From Amoebidium appalachense (lineage: Eukaryota; Protista; Ichthyosporea): a stretch of DNA of 64,000 nt. Within the stretch, counting starts at the first letter, position 1. Each line of letters starts with the position of its first letter. The position numbers and the translations under genes were made by a program. Positions 36,918-64,000 of this stretch are shown in pieces. Under the pieces are notes generated by a model that saw nothing but the letters and a program-made list of their open reading frames with translations, was not told the origin of the DNA and did not search any database. Location: contig CAVNZM010000009.1 in assembly GCA_963693365.1 (NCBI GenBank), positions 6,788,171 to 6,852,170 of the forward strand. Reading direction: 5' to 3'.

Positions 36918-37528
36918 CCTACACCTTATTTATGAGGGAAACAAACAAAAAAAGCAGGGGAGGGGGAGGGAGGGGGAGGGGGAGGGGGGGACATCATTAG
37001 ATTCGATAAATGTGACGAATATTGACATCATGTGTGCATACACGGACACACAGACCAAACAGATCTCGAACAAGCGTGTACTAGGTTCTTTGGGGGGGGG
37101 GGGGGGGGGGGGGATCCAGAGCCAAAGAATAGCGGGGGGGGGGGGGGGGGGGGAGGGGGGCAAAAAAAAAAAAAAAAAGGTATCGTATATGAAGTCAAAT
37201 TTGTCGCCAAGCTTTCATCAGGACATGTTTTGAGCAACCAGCATTATTTCCTTCATTCGCTGTTGGCCCTAGCCTAATAGTGATAGGGAAGCTAAATGCT
37301 TTGGATTCTTTTCTATAGCAAGCGAGAGAACACTCAAAAAACAGAGAAAGAGAAACTGGAAAGTGACCTTCTTACTAAATAGACTAGACTAAATTAATAT
37401 TACTGATCAAAATAAATGAACGAACCAAGAAAAAGGAGAATACATAGAGTGTGGTGGGCAAAGTAGACAAAAACGATGGACAAAAAACTAGCGGCGGGGG
37501 CCGAGTGTGTGTGTGTGTGTGTACGTGT

Positions 37529-37573
<45 letters not shown>

Positions 37574-37729
37574 GGGGGGGGGGGGGGTTGCAGGCAGAGA
37601 AGAGGGGTGGGCTTTTTTTTTTTTTTTTTTTTTTTTTTTGGTGTGTGTGTGTGTGGAAGGGGGGGGGGGGAGGGGGGGGGGGGTTTGCAGACAGAGAAGA
37701 GGGGTGGGCTTTTATTTTGTGTGTGTGTG

Positions 37730-37761
<32 letters not shown>

Positions 37762-38238
37762 AGGAGGGGCGAGGGGGGGGGAGAGGGGGGGGGGGGGGGG
37801 GGGTTCAAGAGGTGGAGGAAGGGAGTTCGTAAGAGAAGGGACAGGGAACGAGGTAGGAGTAGAAGGAAAGGAAAAGACGGGACACAAAACAAGAGAAGCC
37901 GTTAACAGGAGATGTTCATAGAAAGAGGAGAGGGGAGGGGTTGGGGAGGGGGGAGGAGGAGGGGCGAGGGAAGAGGGAGCCCGGACGTGTATGTGAGTGC
38001 GCTTTGCAGGGAGGAAGTACAATTTGTGAAAGTGATACAGAAAAATAGGAAGGTGAGGGGAGCAAGCGGGAAAAAAACCATTTTTTTCTTTTCTTTTCTT
38101 TTCGATTTTTTTTTTTTCGGGGGGGGGGGGGGGGAGGACGGTGCGAGGGGCTGTATACATATCTACATATACACATAAACACATATACACACACATATAT
38201 ATATGTATATATATGTATACATATATATATATATATAC

Positions 38239-38292
<54 letters not shown>

Positions 38293-38585
38293 TCTGTGTG
38301 CATACACACACGCACACACACACACACAAAAACACACACACACAGAAATGCAGAGATAGAGAGATAGAGAGAGGGACGGTGGGAGGGTGGGAGGGAGGGT
38401 GGGAGGGAACGGGGGGGGAGAGCGATAGGGGGAGTGAGAGAGTGAAAGAAGGGGGGGCGGTAGTGAGAGAGGAAGATGAGAGGAGAGGGGAGAGAGATAG
38501 AGGGGGGGGGGGGGGGGGAGAGGGAGAAGGGAGGGAGAGAGAGAGAATGAGAAAGAGAGAGAGAGAGAGATAGAGAGTGAGAGAT

Positions 38586-38616
<31 letters not shown>

Positions 38617-38998
38617 GAAGAGTGTGTGTGTGTGTGTTGGGGGGGGGGGGGGGGGGGGGTTGGGTTAGGGGACAGAGAGAAAAACAGATTGAGAGAGGGG
38701 GGGAGAAGAGGGGGAAAAGAGACACGGAGAGAAAATTGGAGGGGGGGGAGGGGGTTAGAGTGGAGGGGGGAGGGGGAGGCGAGGGAGGGCGACAAAGAGA
38801 AGTGAGAATTTTTATATGCCGTACACGTGTATGCGGACGTATGATGCGAACGGGAGGGGAAGGTGAGGGCAGGGGGGAGGAAGGGGGGGGGGGGGGGGGG
38901 AGGGGGGGAGGGAGGGGGGTTCGGTATGGGACGCAGCACTAACCTTCTGCTGTCCAAACATAGCACCGCCCGAGGATGAGATGCACGTCCACCATCAT
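29014..38998 (-). CDS. TSEN34: tRNA-splicing endonuclease catalytic subunit Sen34
   Basis: Six phase-consistent exons: 38998-38944, 35576-35439, 34341-33645, 32654-32506, 31056-30975, 29173-29014. Peptide [55 protein letters not shown] ... [34 protein letters not shown]...[13 protein letters not shown] contains the Sen34 N-terminal motif and the Tyr/His/Lys catalytic positions. Confidence 0.93.
29841..30390 (-). mobile_element. Family B2 element, longest copy
   Basis: Shares core blocks with B1 (ATAAGCAGAGCCCATCCTCAGGG, GAGTTTCGACC, CCAACTCAGA, CCCGTCTTGATCA.AGACGAGCAGGGTTGCTTATGCA). Bounded by G-runs; its distal part is shared with 33539-33589. Confidence 0.85.
31436..31650. repeat. Two-copy tandem duplication with expanded C-runs
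   Basis: TTAAT(T/A)AATGGAACACTG(A/T)TAA(C)n...TTAAA.ATA.CCCTCC at about 31436 and 31566. Confidence 0.7.
32110..32500 (-). repeat. Degenerate tandem duplications of the 3' end of TSEN34 exon 4 and its donor site
   Basis: On the sense strand, TGGGATATTATCTCACA...GTGTATCACG|gtaag variants recur about 5 times downstream of the real exon end at 32506. Confidence 0.75.
33311..33590 (-). mobile_element. Diverged family B2 element
   Basis: Colinear with 29841-30167 but lacks one hairpin; poly(G) on both sides. Confidence 0.85.
35760..35945. mobile_element. Degenerate hAT-like MITE in TSEN34 intron 1
   Basis: Termini CAGGGGTGGTCT / AAACTACCCATG (9 of 12 match), 8-bp flanks GACATATG / TACATGTG, and five internal AAGATT subrepeats (mostly TAAGATT). 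Confidence 0.55.
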
Positions 38999-39704
38999 CT
39001 TCGAATATTAAGGAGAGGAGACCTCGTCAGCTATGCTTGCTGATGTGTGATTGAAACTTTCTCCAGTCCATTTATTGGGTTTTGGACGTTCGGTTCTTTG
39101 AATGAGCACGTAGGATCTAATGATTCGACTCAGGAACAACAAAGTAAATAAACACACTTTCAGATTACACCAACCTTCAAGATCTAACCAACATGGGAAA
39201 GTAAAACCGAACCGTGCCAGTTCCTAGGTTATGATTGAGCATACGGGGGAGTGCAGGCGTATTCTGTCTATACACTGTCGAGTAATGTTTTGTTAGAAAT
39301 CATTTTTTAACTGGCCAAGAAGAAGGGCTTGGCTCACCATCGATATCCCCTGAGGGCTCCGTTTGAACCTCGCTAAAGTAAACATTTTACGATGTGAACG
39401 AAAACGCGGTCCGCCTCTTCTGACCAATACGCTACCTCGTTATTAGGATCAGTGTTCTTTTTCTTGTTACTGGCACTGATGCGTTTACAGAGGGTTGCAT
39501 AACAGCGATCCCCCCCCATTATCATAGTCAGTTCCGTTTCGTTCTGCCACGCATGATCAGCGTTTTTAGGACCGGTTTTTCTAGAGTAGATGAGGACAGC
39601 AGAGTGTAATTCTGCTTGTTTCAAGCCACGAAATTCGGTTCTTTCCCCTCAGATCTGGTGTGTAGTGTGAAGCAAGCCAGAATTGAGAACCACACACACA
39701 GAAA

Positions 39705-42122
<2,418 letters not shown>

Positions 42123-42907
42123 GGGGTGCCACTTGATTAGATCGAGGATGTGACCTTTCCTCCGCGGCCACCCACGGCACGATCGAGGATAAGGCCATTG
42201 CTCCGATCCATGTGTGGCACACGGCCGATAGCTGTTAGAACACTTTTGTGCAGGCTCCTATGTTTTTTTTCGTCTCATTCTTTTTTCTTTCTTGTTTCTA
42301 AATGTACTTATCATGGGCGTGAAGTCGTTTGATTGTTCTGCAAGTCTAGAGGAAGGGAGGGAGGTAGGTGGTGGAGTGGGGGGGGGGGGGGGGGGGGGAC
42401 GTGTCGCAGTGATGCGATGGCATGTCTGTTCTATCAGCCTGGCAAAACGTTGGCCAGAGTATGTATTGAAAGACCGGACAGATATATAACACCCCACCCT
42501 CACAATAAATGGTTTGATGGATGTAGATATGAATATATAGGAAATTTCTGTTTAAAGTTTTTTTCTTTAGAAGAGTACATTGGGTAAGTTAAACCTAGCT
42601 ATTTGCCTGGCCACATTGGTTTTCACATATATTGTGCTCATGCGCATATATATAAACGATTAAGACCCAAGGGAAATCCAATAAATTGTATCATGATGTT
42701 ATGCATTCGTCATGCTATTAGTGATCCGCATACGCACGTGTAATTAAATGTGTTGTCACTCGTGCAAGCACACTCCCTAGGTGCATTTTGAATTCTTATT
42801 AAAGGGTTCGGACATGAGTTTGGGCGTGTATACTTATTCTGTGGGACGGACTCTACGCCTCCGGCCCGATCACTGTCCTGCCGCGGTCGCCAACGTAAGA
42901 TGGTCAC

Positions 42908-43288
42908 TAGTACTATACTGCCGCTATTATAATACAGTACACACTAGTAAAGGGTGTCTTTACATATATGATCCTTGCATGCCTTTGTACGTGCAAAAGC
43001 AAGGATCTGCCGGAAAGGCATATGAGCGGTGAGCATGCGTTGGGTTTTACATGTACACAAGAGTAAAGGGTGTCTTTACATATATGATCCGTGCAATGTG
43101 TCTGTGCGAAAGCAAGGATCTGCCAGAAATATTGCATACGAGCTGTGCACGTGAGCATGTGTTGGGTTGTATTATACCCTCATCGATATCCGACCACGTT
43201 TACATGTTGGCCACAAAAGCGTTGCATCTATATATCGATCCTGACGGTGAATGCATATGCCCATACACGTATGCATATGCGTACTAGT
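42908..43288 (+). mobile_element. Possible non-autonomous Helitron-like element with an internal 116-bp tandem duplication
   Basis: GTAAAGGGTGTCTTTACATATATGATCC...GCAAGGATCTGCC...GTGAGCATG.GTTGGGTT at 42947 and 43063; ends with the hairpin GCATATGC..CATAC-AC-GTATGCATATGC followed by GTACTAG|T. Confidence 0.45.
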
Positions 43289-43463
43289 ACACGCACAAAT
43301 GACAGGATTATTTCAATATTGGCCGATGTTTTGCACAGCAACCGTTGATTCCGTGTGAGAGAGATGATTAGAGTACTCGAGTTCAACATAATTACACGTT
43401 CTAACGTGCACCGTAAAGAATTGGCATGCGCGTGATGGCACCATGCACATGCCGCAGGGAAGG

Positions 43464-43505
<42 letters not shown>

Positions 43506-43559
43506 GTGCGGTGCGGTGCGCACACATTCCGGTGAAACACGCCGCACATTTTTTTTTTT

Positions 43560-43590
<31 letters not shown>

Positions 43591-44210
43591 GGGGGGGTCC
43601 AAACAAGAAAGAAAGAACGACACCGGCAACGTTAACACCGGCAGCAACACTGAATTGGAAACCAGGTCCTCAATCACATAAATTACTAGATCGTTCAACA
43701 TGTACAAGCATCAAATCACTACATATGCATGATCTTCGGGATTCACATGTGGTAGTTTCAATTGGACAACGGAAAACGTGCTCAATAAAACACAGGCGCC
43801 CGTACTAGTACTGTACCAAGCATGCAATCTGCTGAATCAAACTATATGAGAAAATTTTGAAAACAAAGAAAAAAAGAAGAAAGCATTCGGAAGGGCAAAA
43901 AAATTAAAGCCACTGCACCTATCATTGAGAGACCGGGGAAAAACAAGGGTGTAATCTTTGTAAAACATCTGCATGTCAGTCACACAAACTGTAACATATG
44001 TTACCCATCACGAAAACCAAAACTGTCGGCGTGAGGTAACTTTATACACATGTTGGTTCTATTCAATTTGATTTCGAATTTAGGACATTTAATTTTCCAT
44101 TCAGGACTATGTGCACGTGTGATGAAAGGATAATATTACGATATAGATTTCGGGCATTTCGAAATGAGGGTGAGGATTGAAAACAAGGCGCGGGGTAAAT
44201 GATGTGCGTG

Positions 44211-44278
<68 letters not shown>

Positions 44279-44543
44279 CGCATAGCGCGCGCGCGCATTC
44301 ACAAAAAAATGCACGACCTAATTTTTGCCATAACAAAACACCGTAGGCTAAAGATTACTATGCACTTTTATATATCAGCATACAACTATAAAAAACCCAA
44401 ACCATATAATTTTAAAAATCTGAAAATCACATACACCTTTCGCTAGTCGACCACACGGTGTCACCTGAACATCCTATACCGAATCGGGTCAAGAAAACAG
44501 ATCAAAATTTAAACGGTTCGGGTCAACCCGGGCATGGACACCG

Positions 44544-55682
<11,139 letters not shown>

Positions 55683-56048
55683 GTTTTCACCACTCGTTTA
55701 TACTAATCAATCGTGGCACGTGCATGATGTAGTGTGTAAGGATGATTGGGAAACAGGGGGAGTTAGAGAAACTAGGTCCTAACTTCTACATGTGTGCATG
55801 CATGGTTTGTGTGTACGTGTGTCTGTGCATGTGCGTGTGTGTTTACGTGATGCCTGAGAACAGGAAATTCTGACGTTCCGGAAGAGACTGGCGAGCTCCC
55901 TCGCTTTTGTGTGTGGCCGCTTCGTGTGACTCGATCGCAACACAGATTGGTGCATTTGACGCGCCAAACAAAAGTGGACCTATCCTGTGCTGATATCAAT
56001 TTGGGGTTTACGCTGTTTACTCGAGGCAAAGAGAACCAGTCTCAGGTA

Positions 56049-56194
56049 TGGGGGGGGTTTTGCTCGGAATATCCCCTCAGCGGTATATCATGATCACGTA
56101 CATAGATGTCGGGTGGTGACTATATATCAGGGTTTACTTTCTCTACGAGACACCATAAAGACTACAAGGAGAAATCAATTAGTTGGGGTTCCCC

Positions 56195-56247
<53 letters not shown>

Positions 56248-56309
56248 TTTTTAATTTTAATTTTAATTTTTTTAAAGGGGCTTCCCTCGGGACACTCGGT
56301 ATCAGCTGG

Positions 56310-56370
<61 letters not shown>

Positions 56371-58419
56371 TGTGTGTGTGTGCGCTATAATTTTGTAGTG
56401 ATGTGTTTCTCAAGCCAATCAATACATCTAATAAACAGGTCGTAGTTACGCGTGTTTAGTATAAAATCAAGGATGTTGTAATTTACAGGTAGGCTATCTT
56501 TCTGGGTGTCTGTTGTGAATGTGACGTGTGTGTGTTGCGGTATTATGTGGTCTATCAAACTACATTTGGCGATACATGACCGGTTAAACTGGTGTGTGTG
56601 TGTGTTGTTTGGGCATGCAAATGATGCCACCTTATACTTATTAGATCTCCACTGTATAGCACGTGTACAGTAAAAGCGTGGTAATTGATCAATAATACCA
56701 TCAGCTAGAGAAAGACCAGTTCTACAGGAAGGTAATATGTATTTAGGTGTTATACACTTGCGAGTGCCATATTTGGCAATATGGTTGAGGCGGTCAGTAT
56801 ATATAAAACGAGACATAAGGCTTAGTTTTTCAAGGTGTATGCTTTCATCGGGTCTAGTGTCGTGTGGTATCTTTTTCCATTTGTTATATTGCGTGATTAT
56901 CTTGTGATTGTGTACATGTTTAATAAGTAAGTGGCAGTCCAAAGTCACACACACACTATTGCGGGGTTTATTTGTATTTGTGCCCAGGGGAGAAGGGGAG
57001 AGAGAGGGGAGGAAAGAGGGGGGAGGTGAGGAGGGGACAGGTCGGATAGAGAAGAGAGGGTGGGAGGGCAAATACTTCTTTAAGCGGCTTATGTGCTTAT
57101 TGAATTTCAGCGCGAGATAGGATACTCTAGCAGCTATTGGGACCAGACCATATATCGAGAGCGTTACAGGCCCAGGTTTACAACAGTTGTTAGATAGAAA
57201 GGAGGCAACTTCTGCTTCAAGGAAATTTGCCAAGGGTTTAAGCGCTCTAGTTCTCTCTTTCTTGATCCAAGCGGCGAGAAGGGGTAAACCATATTCACAT
57301 GCCGGGAAGACAAAAGTGCGAATAAATGTAAGTCTAATAGAAGGATGGAGGGGTGTGTCTTTAAAAATATTAGCCGAGAAGAAAGCTAACCGCTTACGAG
57401 CCAACTCTACCCTCTTTTCGACCATATGGGGAAACATAACACCAACAGAATCAACCGGAACACCAAGATATTTGTATTCTGGAACTATAGGTACAGGTTT
57501 AGATGATAATGTAAATGTGTGTAAATTGTTAGCTATATCAGGTACAAGAACACCACATTTGTCTATGTTAAGGATCATAAGGTTTGCCTTGCACCACTCT
57601 GACACTACATCGAACAATCTTTGCAGGCGTCTAGGGGTACGGGCAAGGAGGGACAGATCATCAGCATAGAGAAGTGCAGGCGGAAAGTTATTAATAGGGT
57701 CATCGTTTTCGGCGTAAATCTTGACAGCCAAATCATCTATAAATAGGTTAAACAAAAAGGGGCTAAGCAATGAACCCTGCAAGAGACCTCTAGTACGAGC
57801 AAAACCATATGAAAGATGCCCATTAACCACAGCTCTACCATAGGTTTGAGACAAGAGTGCTTCTAACAGAACACCAATGCAGTGTGGTACACCCCGTGCA
57901 GCAAGCTTTTCCCATAGGAGACCAGGGGAGACAGAATCGTAAGCAGTTTTCCAATCAATAAAGCCAACATATTGTGCACCAACTTGCATAGAATCGTGCA
58001 GTGCCATTATTTGAACATAACATGAATTGTTTTTACGAAAAGCGGATTGGCATGGGTGTATGTGAAGAATAGATTGAAACCTAGGGTGGTGTGCAAATAA
58101 CCTAAGTAAGCAAGCTTCAAAGAATCTACGAACAACCTGGGTTAGTGTAATGGGGCGAAAGGATGATATGGGGCCCTCAGAGTCCTTCTTAACTATGGGG
58201 ATCACTAAGGTATCTAACCAAGATGACGGGACATGTCCACATTTAACACACCAAGAAAAGAGAGAGCTTAACATGATAGTAAGATCAGGTTTAATAGCAC
58301 GATCACTTTCCTTTTGTGGGTAGGAGGGAACAAGGATTTTAAGAAACCCAGCAGGGAGTCCATCAGGTCCACAAGACTTACTAGAGCTATAACTAGATAT
58401 CACAGACCATATGGCATCG
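56049..58419 (-). mobile_element. Young 5'-truncated non-LTR retrotransposon bounded by a 54/55-bp direct repeat
   Basis: Direct repeats 55995-56048 and 58420-58474 (ATCAATTTGGGG(G)TTTACGCTGTTTACTCGAGGCAAAGAGAACCAGTCTCAGGTA) flank the RT ORF, a (CA)n-containing 3' UTR, an A-rich tract, about 140 bp of extra sequence and a C8 run. Confidence 0.9.
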
Positions 58420-58424
58420 ATCAA
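56385..58424 (-). CDS. Non-LTR reverse transcriptase ORF (N-terminally truncated, uninterrupted)
   Basis: Motifs KSCGPDG, FRPITL, QSAFR, FIDWKTAYDSV, GLLQGSLLSPFLFNLFIDDL, YADD and YKYLG; C-terminal WRSN...C..H.FNRSC..C...ILDFILN. Confidence 0.93.
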   Translation of the reverse strand: MIDAIWSVISSYSSSKSCGPDGLPAGFLKILVPSYPQKESDRAIKPDLTIMLSSLFSWCVKCGHVPSSWLDTLVIPIVKKDSEGPISSFRPITLTQVVRRFFEACLLRLFAHHPRFQSILHIHPCQSAFRKNNSCYVQIMALHDSMQVGAQYVGFIDWKTAYDSVSPGLLWEKLAARGVPHCIGVLLEALLSQTYGRAVVNGHLSYGFARTRGLLQGSLLSPFLFNLFIDDLAVKIYAENDDPINNFPPALLYADDLSLLARTPRRLQRLFDVVSEWCKANLMILNIDKCGVLVPDIANNLHTFTLSSKPVPIVPEYKYLGVPVDSVGVMFPHMVEKRVELARKRLAFFSANIFKDTPLHPSIRLTFIRTFVFPACEYGLPLLAAWIKKERTRALKPLANFLEAEVASFLSNNCCKPGPVTLSIYGLVPIAARVSYLALKFNKHISRLKKYLPSHPLFSIRPVPSSPPPSFLPSLSPSPLGTNTNKPRNSVCVTLDCHLLIKHVHNHKIITQYNKWKKIPHDTRPDESIHLEKLSLMSRFIYTDRLNHIAKYGTRKCITPKYILPSCRTGLSLADGIIDQLPRFYCTRAIQWRSNKYKVASFACPNNTHTHQFNRSCIAKCSLIDHIIPQHTHVTFTTDTQKDSLPVNYNILDFILNTRNYDLFIRCIDWLEKHITTKL

Positions 58425-58844
58425 TTTGGGGGTTTACGCTGTTTACTCGAGGCAAAGAGAACCAGTCTCAGGTAATATCAATTTGCTTACTTCAAGCTGT
58501 AAACCTATGAACCATTTATAACTTACATAACCATACAAAGTTGATTGGTTTAAAGCTTGTTTAAGGTAGTATGAATTTCTGAATCACCGCCCTTTGTGGT
58601 ATTGCATGCCATCACTCCGGATCCGCCTGCGCATACACGCCAAAAAAAACGTGCAACCTCAAAACAAAACGTTTTCTCTTTTTTTTGTAGGGCTGTTACA
58701 AGGGCGTTTTTTTAAGAATATAGGTTGTTACTGTTGAAACTCAATGAAGATTTGTTCTTCCCATTTATTTTCAAACTTTGAAACCAGCCCAGATAAACAC
58801 CAACTCACACAGAAAGTGAGTGTGAGGGAGAAGGGGGAGAGAGA

Positions 58845-59078
<234 letters not shown>

Positions 59079-59304
59079 CCCTAGTCGACTTGCCGGTGTA
59101 TCCGAACAGAACGGATATAAACAAGATATTATTGGCTCCACATTATTACCCCATCATATTCTTGTTTGCATTTTGCCGGTCGCTCCACAGTGTACATCCT
59201 CGCAACCTAACGCAACTGCCACCCTTCTCCTCGCTTTGAGTTCATTCCTCCAAATTTACTTCAACTTTTTTTTTCAAAACGAAGGCAAGGCCTTAACTGC
59301 AAAG

Positions 59305-62443
<3,139 letters not shown>

Positions 62444-62472
62444 GTTATTTGCAGACTAGAGTAGACTAGACT

Positions 62473-62508
<36 letters not shown>

Positions 62509-62835
62509 GCAGCCCTGATAATGTAGTGATTTGATTTCTGTGCTGGGAATCCAAGTCAGATGTGCCCGTTGTGGTTGATGTTTTTTCTTTCTTTCTTTCT
62601 TTCTTTCCTTTTTTATTTTTATTTTTAATTTAATTTAATTTTATTTTATTTTTTTGGGGCGGGGAGGGGGGGGGGAGGGGGGGTCCTGATGAAATAAGAA
62701 AGAATACTGCTGCTTGCTGGTTTAATTAAATGGAAACGTAATGTTGGCTAATAAAGCCTGTCGCTGAATACACGGCTCCTGTTGTCAGGTTATGGCTATG
62801 GTGATGGTGGAGCGAAGTTGTTTGATCAAGTTTTC

Positions 62836-62899
<64 letters not shown>

Positions 62900-63264
62900 A
62901 CACGCACGCACACCACCATCACCACCACACCACCCACACCCGAAAAGAAGATAAGGAAAGAAAAAACCACAACCACCACACATGCACACACCCACACCCA
63001 CAAGCACACACACACTAAATCTTTCTCACAGGTTCTCACACAAGTATAAGATGTCATGCTGCAGACATACACAAAAACATTAATGCGAGGCGCACCCGAG
63101 TGAATACCGCACCAGGTGCGTACACTTGCACGGACACATGTAAAAACACACGTGTAATACTATCACACACATTATCATCGCGCGCGCACACACATCCACA
63201 CCCAAACAAATACAGTGTCACGCACACGCGTGCGTGCACACTTACACACACCTCACACACAGAC

Positions 63265-63323
<59 letters not shown>

Positions 63324-63791
63324 AGATACATACACGCACATACACACACACGCACATCAGACACACACACACACACACACACACAGCACACATACGCATA
63401 CACAAAACAGACACACACACACACACACTCAGTCACACACTGTGACACACACAAAATCCACAATAATATAATGTTCAATATAAAGTACACACGTACGAAA
63501 TTAATGTCATGCATGCATGCATACATGCACACATGTACAGTGAGTACAACAAGCGTTGATGATTTGAATTTACTGTTGTCGGACACCGAGAAAGGATTTG
63601 GTGTGATCATGAAGAGGAAGACGTGCGTATACATGCAGGAAGAGAGCTGGTTTGAAATGGCCTGTGTTCAAATTTTAGAGGCCCCAGCAATGGGTGGCCA
63701 TGGGATGGGGCGACGGTGGTGGTGCACGTGGTGGTGGTGATGGTGGTGGTGGTGGTGGTGGTGAGTGTGTGTGTGTGTGGGGGGGGAGGGG

Positions 63792-63895
<104 letters not shown>

Positions 63896-64000
63896 TCATG
63901 GCTACCGGTACCGGGGGTCTTGATATCGATACGTGAATGAAACTGCACTGTTTTGTGCTTAGTCCCTTCGGGGCCCCCTCTGCGTCCCCCCCCCCCCCCA

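Noticed and set aside
36575-37277. Nested gene in TSEN34 intron 1
   Set aside because: Short open frames exist on both strands, but there is no consistent spliced model and no recognisable motif.
63540-63665. Exon of a gene extending beyond the window
   Set aside because: Plausible, but the frame, strand and product cannot be supported from this window.

Overview
Eukaryotic (opisthokont-like) genomic DNA, intron-rich and full of (CA)n/(GT)n/(GA)n microsatellites and long poly(C)/poly(G) tracts. Almost all ORFs in the six-frame track are low-complexity artefacts. By hand-splicing GT-AG exons I reconstruct seven genes: a DUF2433-type metallophosphoesterase with a C-terminal RRM (+, 5' end outside the window); an 82-aa TATA-driven orphan gene (+); a PHO80/PCL-type cyclin (-); tRNA-splicing endonuclease subunit TSEN34 (-); head-to-head with it, a stand-alone homolog of the SLC35A4-uORF/STMP1-family mitochondrial microprotein (+); a large uncharacterised multi-exon gene with Ubl/UBX-like and RS-rich parts (-); and a small single-TM gene (+). 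Mobile DNA includes a young 5'-truncated non-LTR retroelement with a 54-bp target duplication, an older relative, and several MITE/Helitron-like relics. The most unusual signal is a high-copy non-coding repeat superfamily (about 20 copies, family B). Its copies share one fixed end (CATTC(T/A)AACCCC...), vary at the other end, mostly sit in or next to poly(C) tracts, and carry a covarying multi-stem RNA fold with an HDV-ribozyme-like segment. A second structured repeat (family A) and the use of (CA)n in place of a polypyrimidine tract at about half of the 3' splice sites are also notable. Family assignments are from memory of motifs and were not database-verified.
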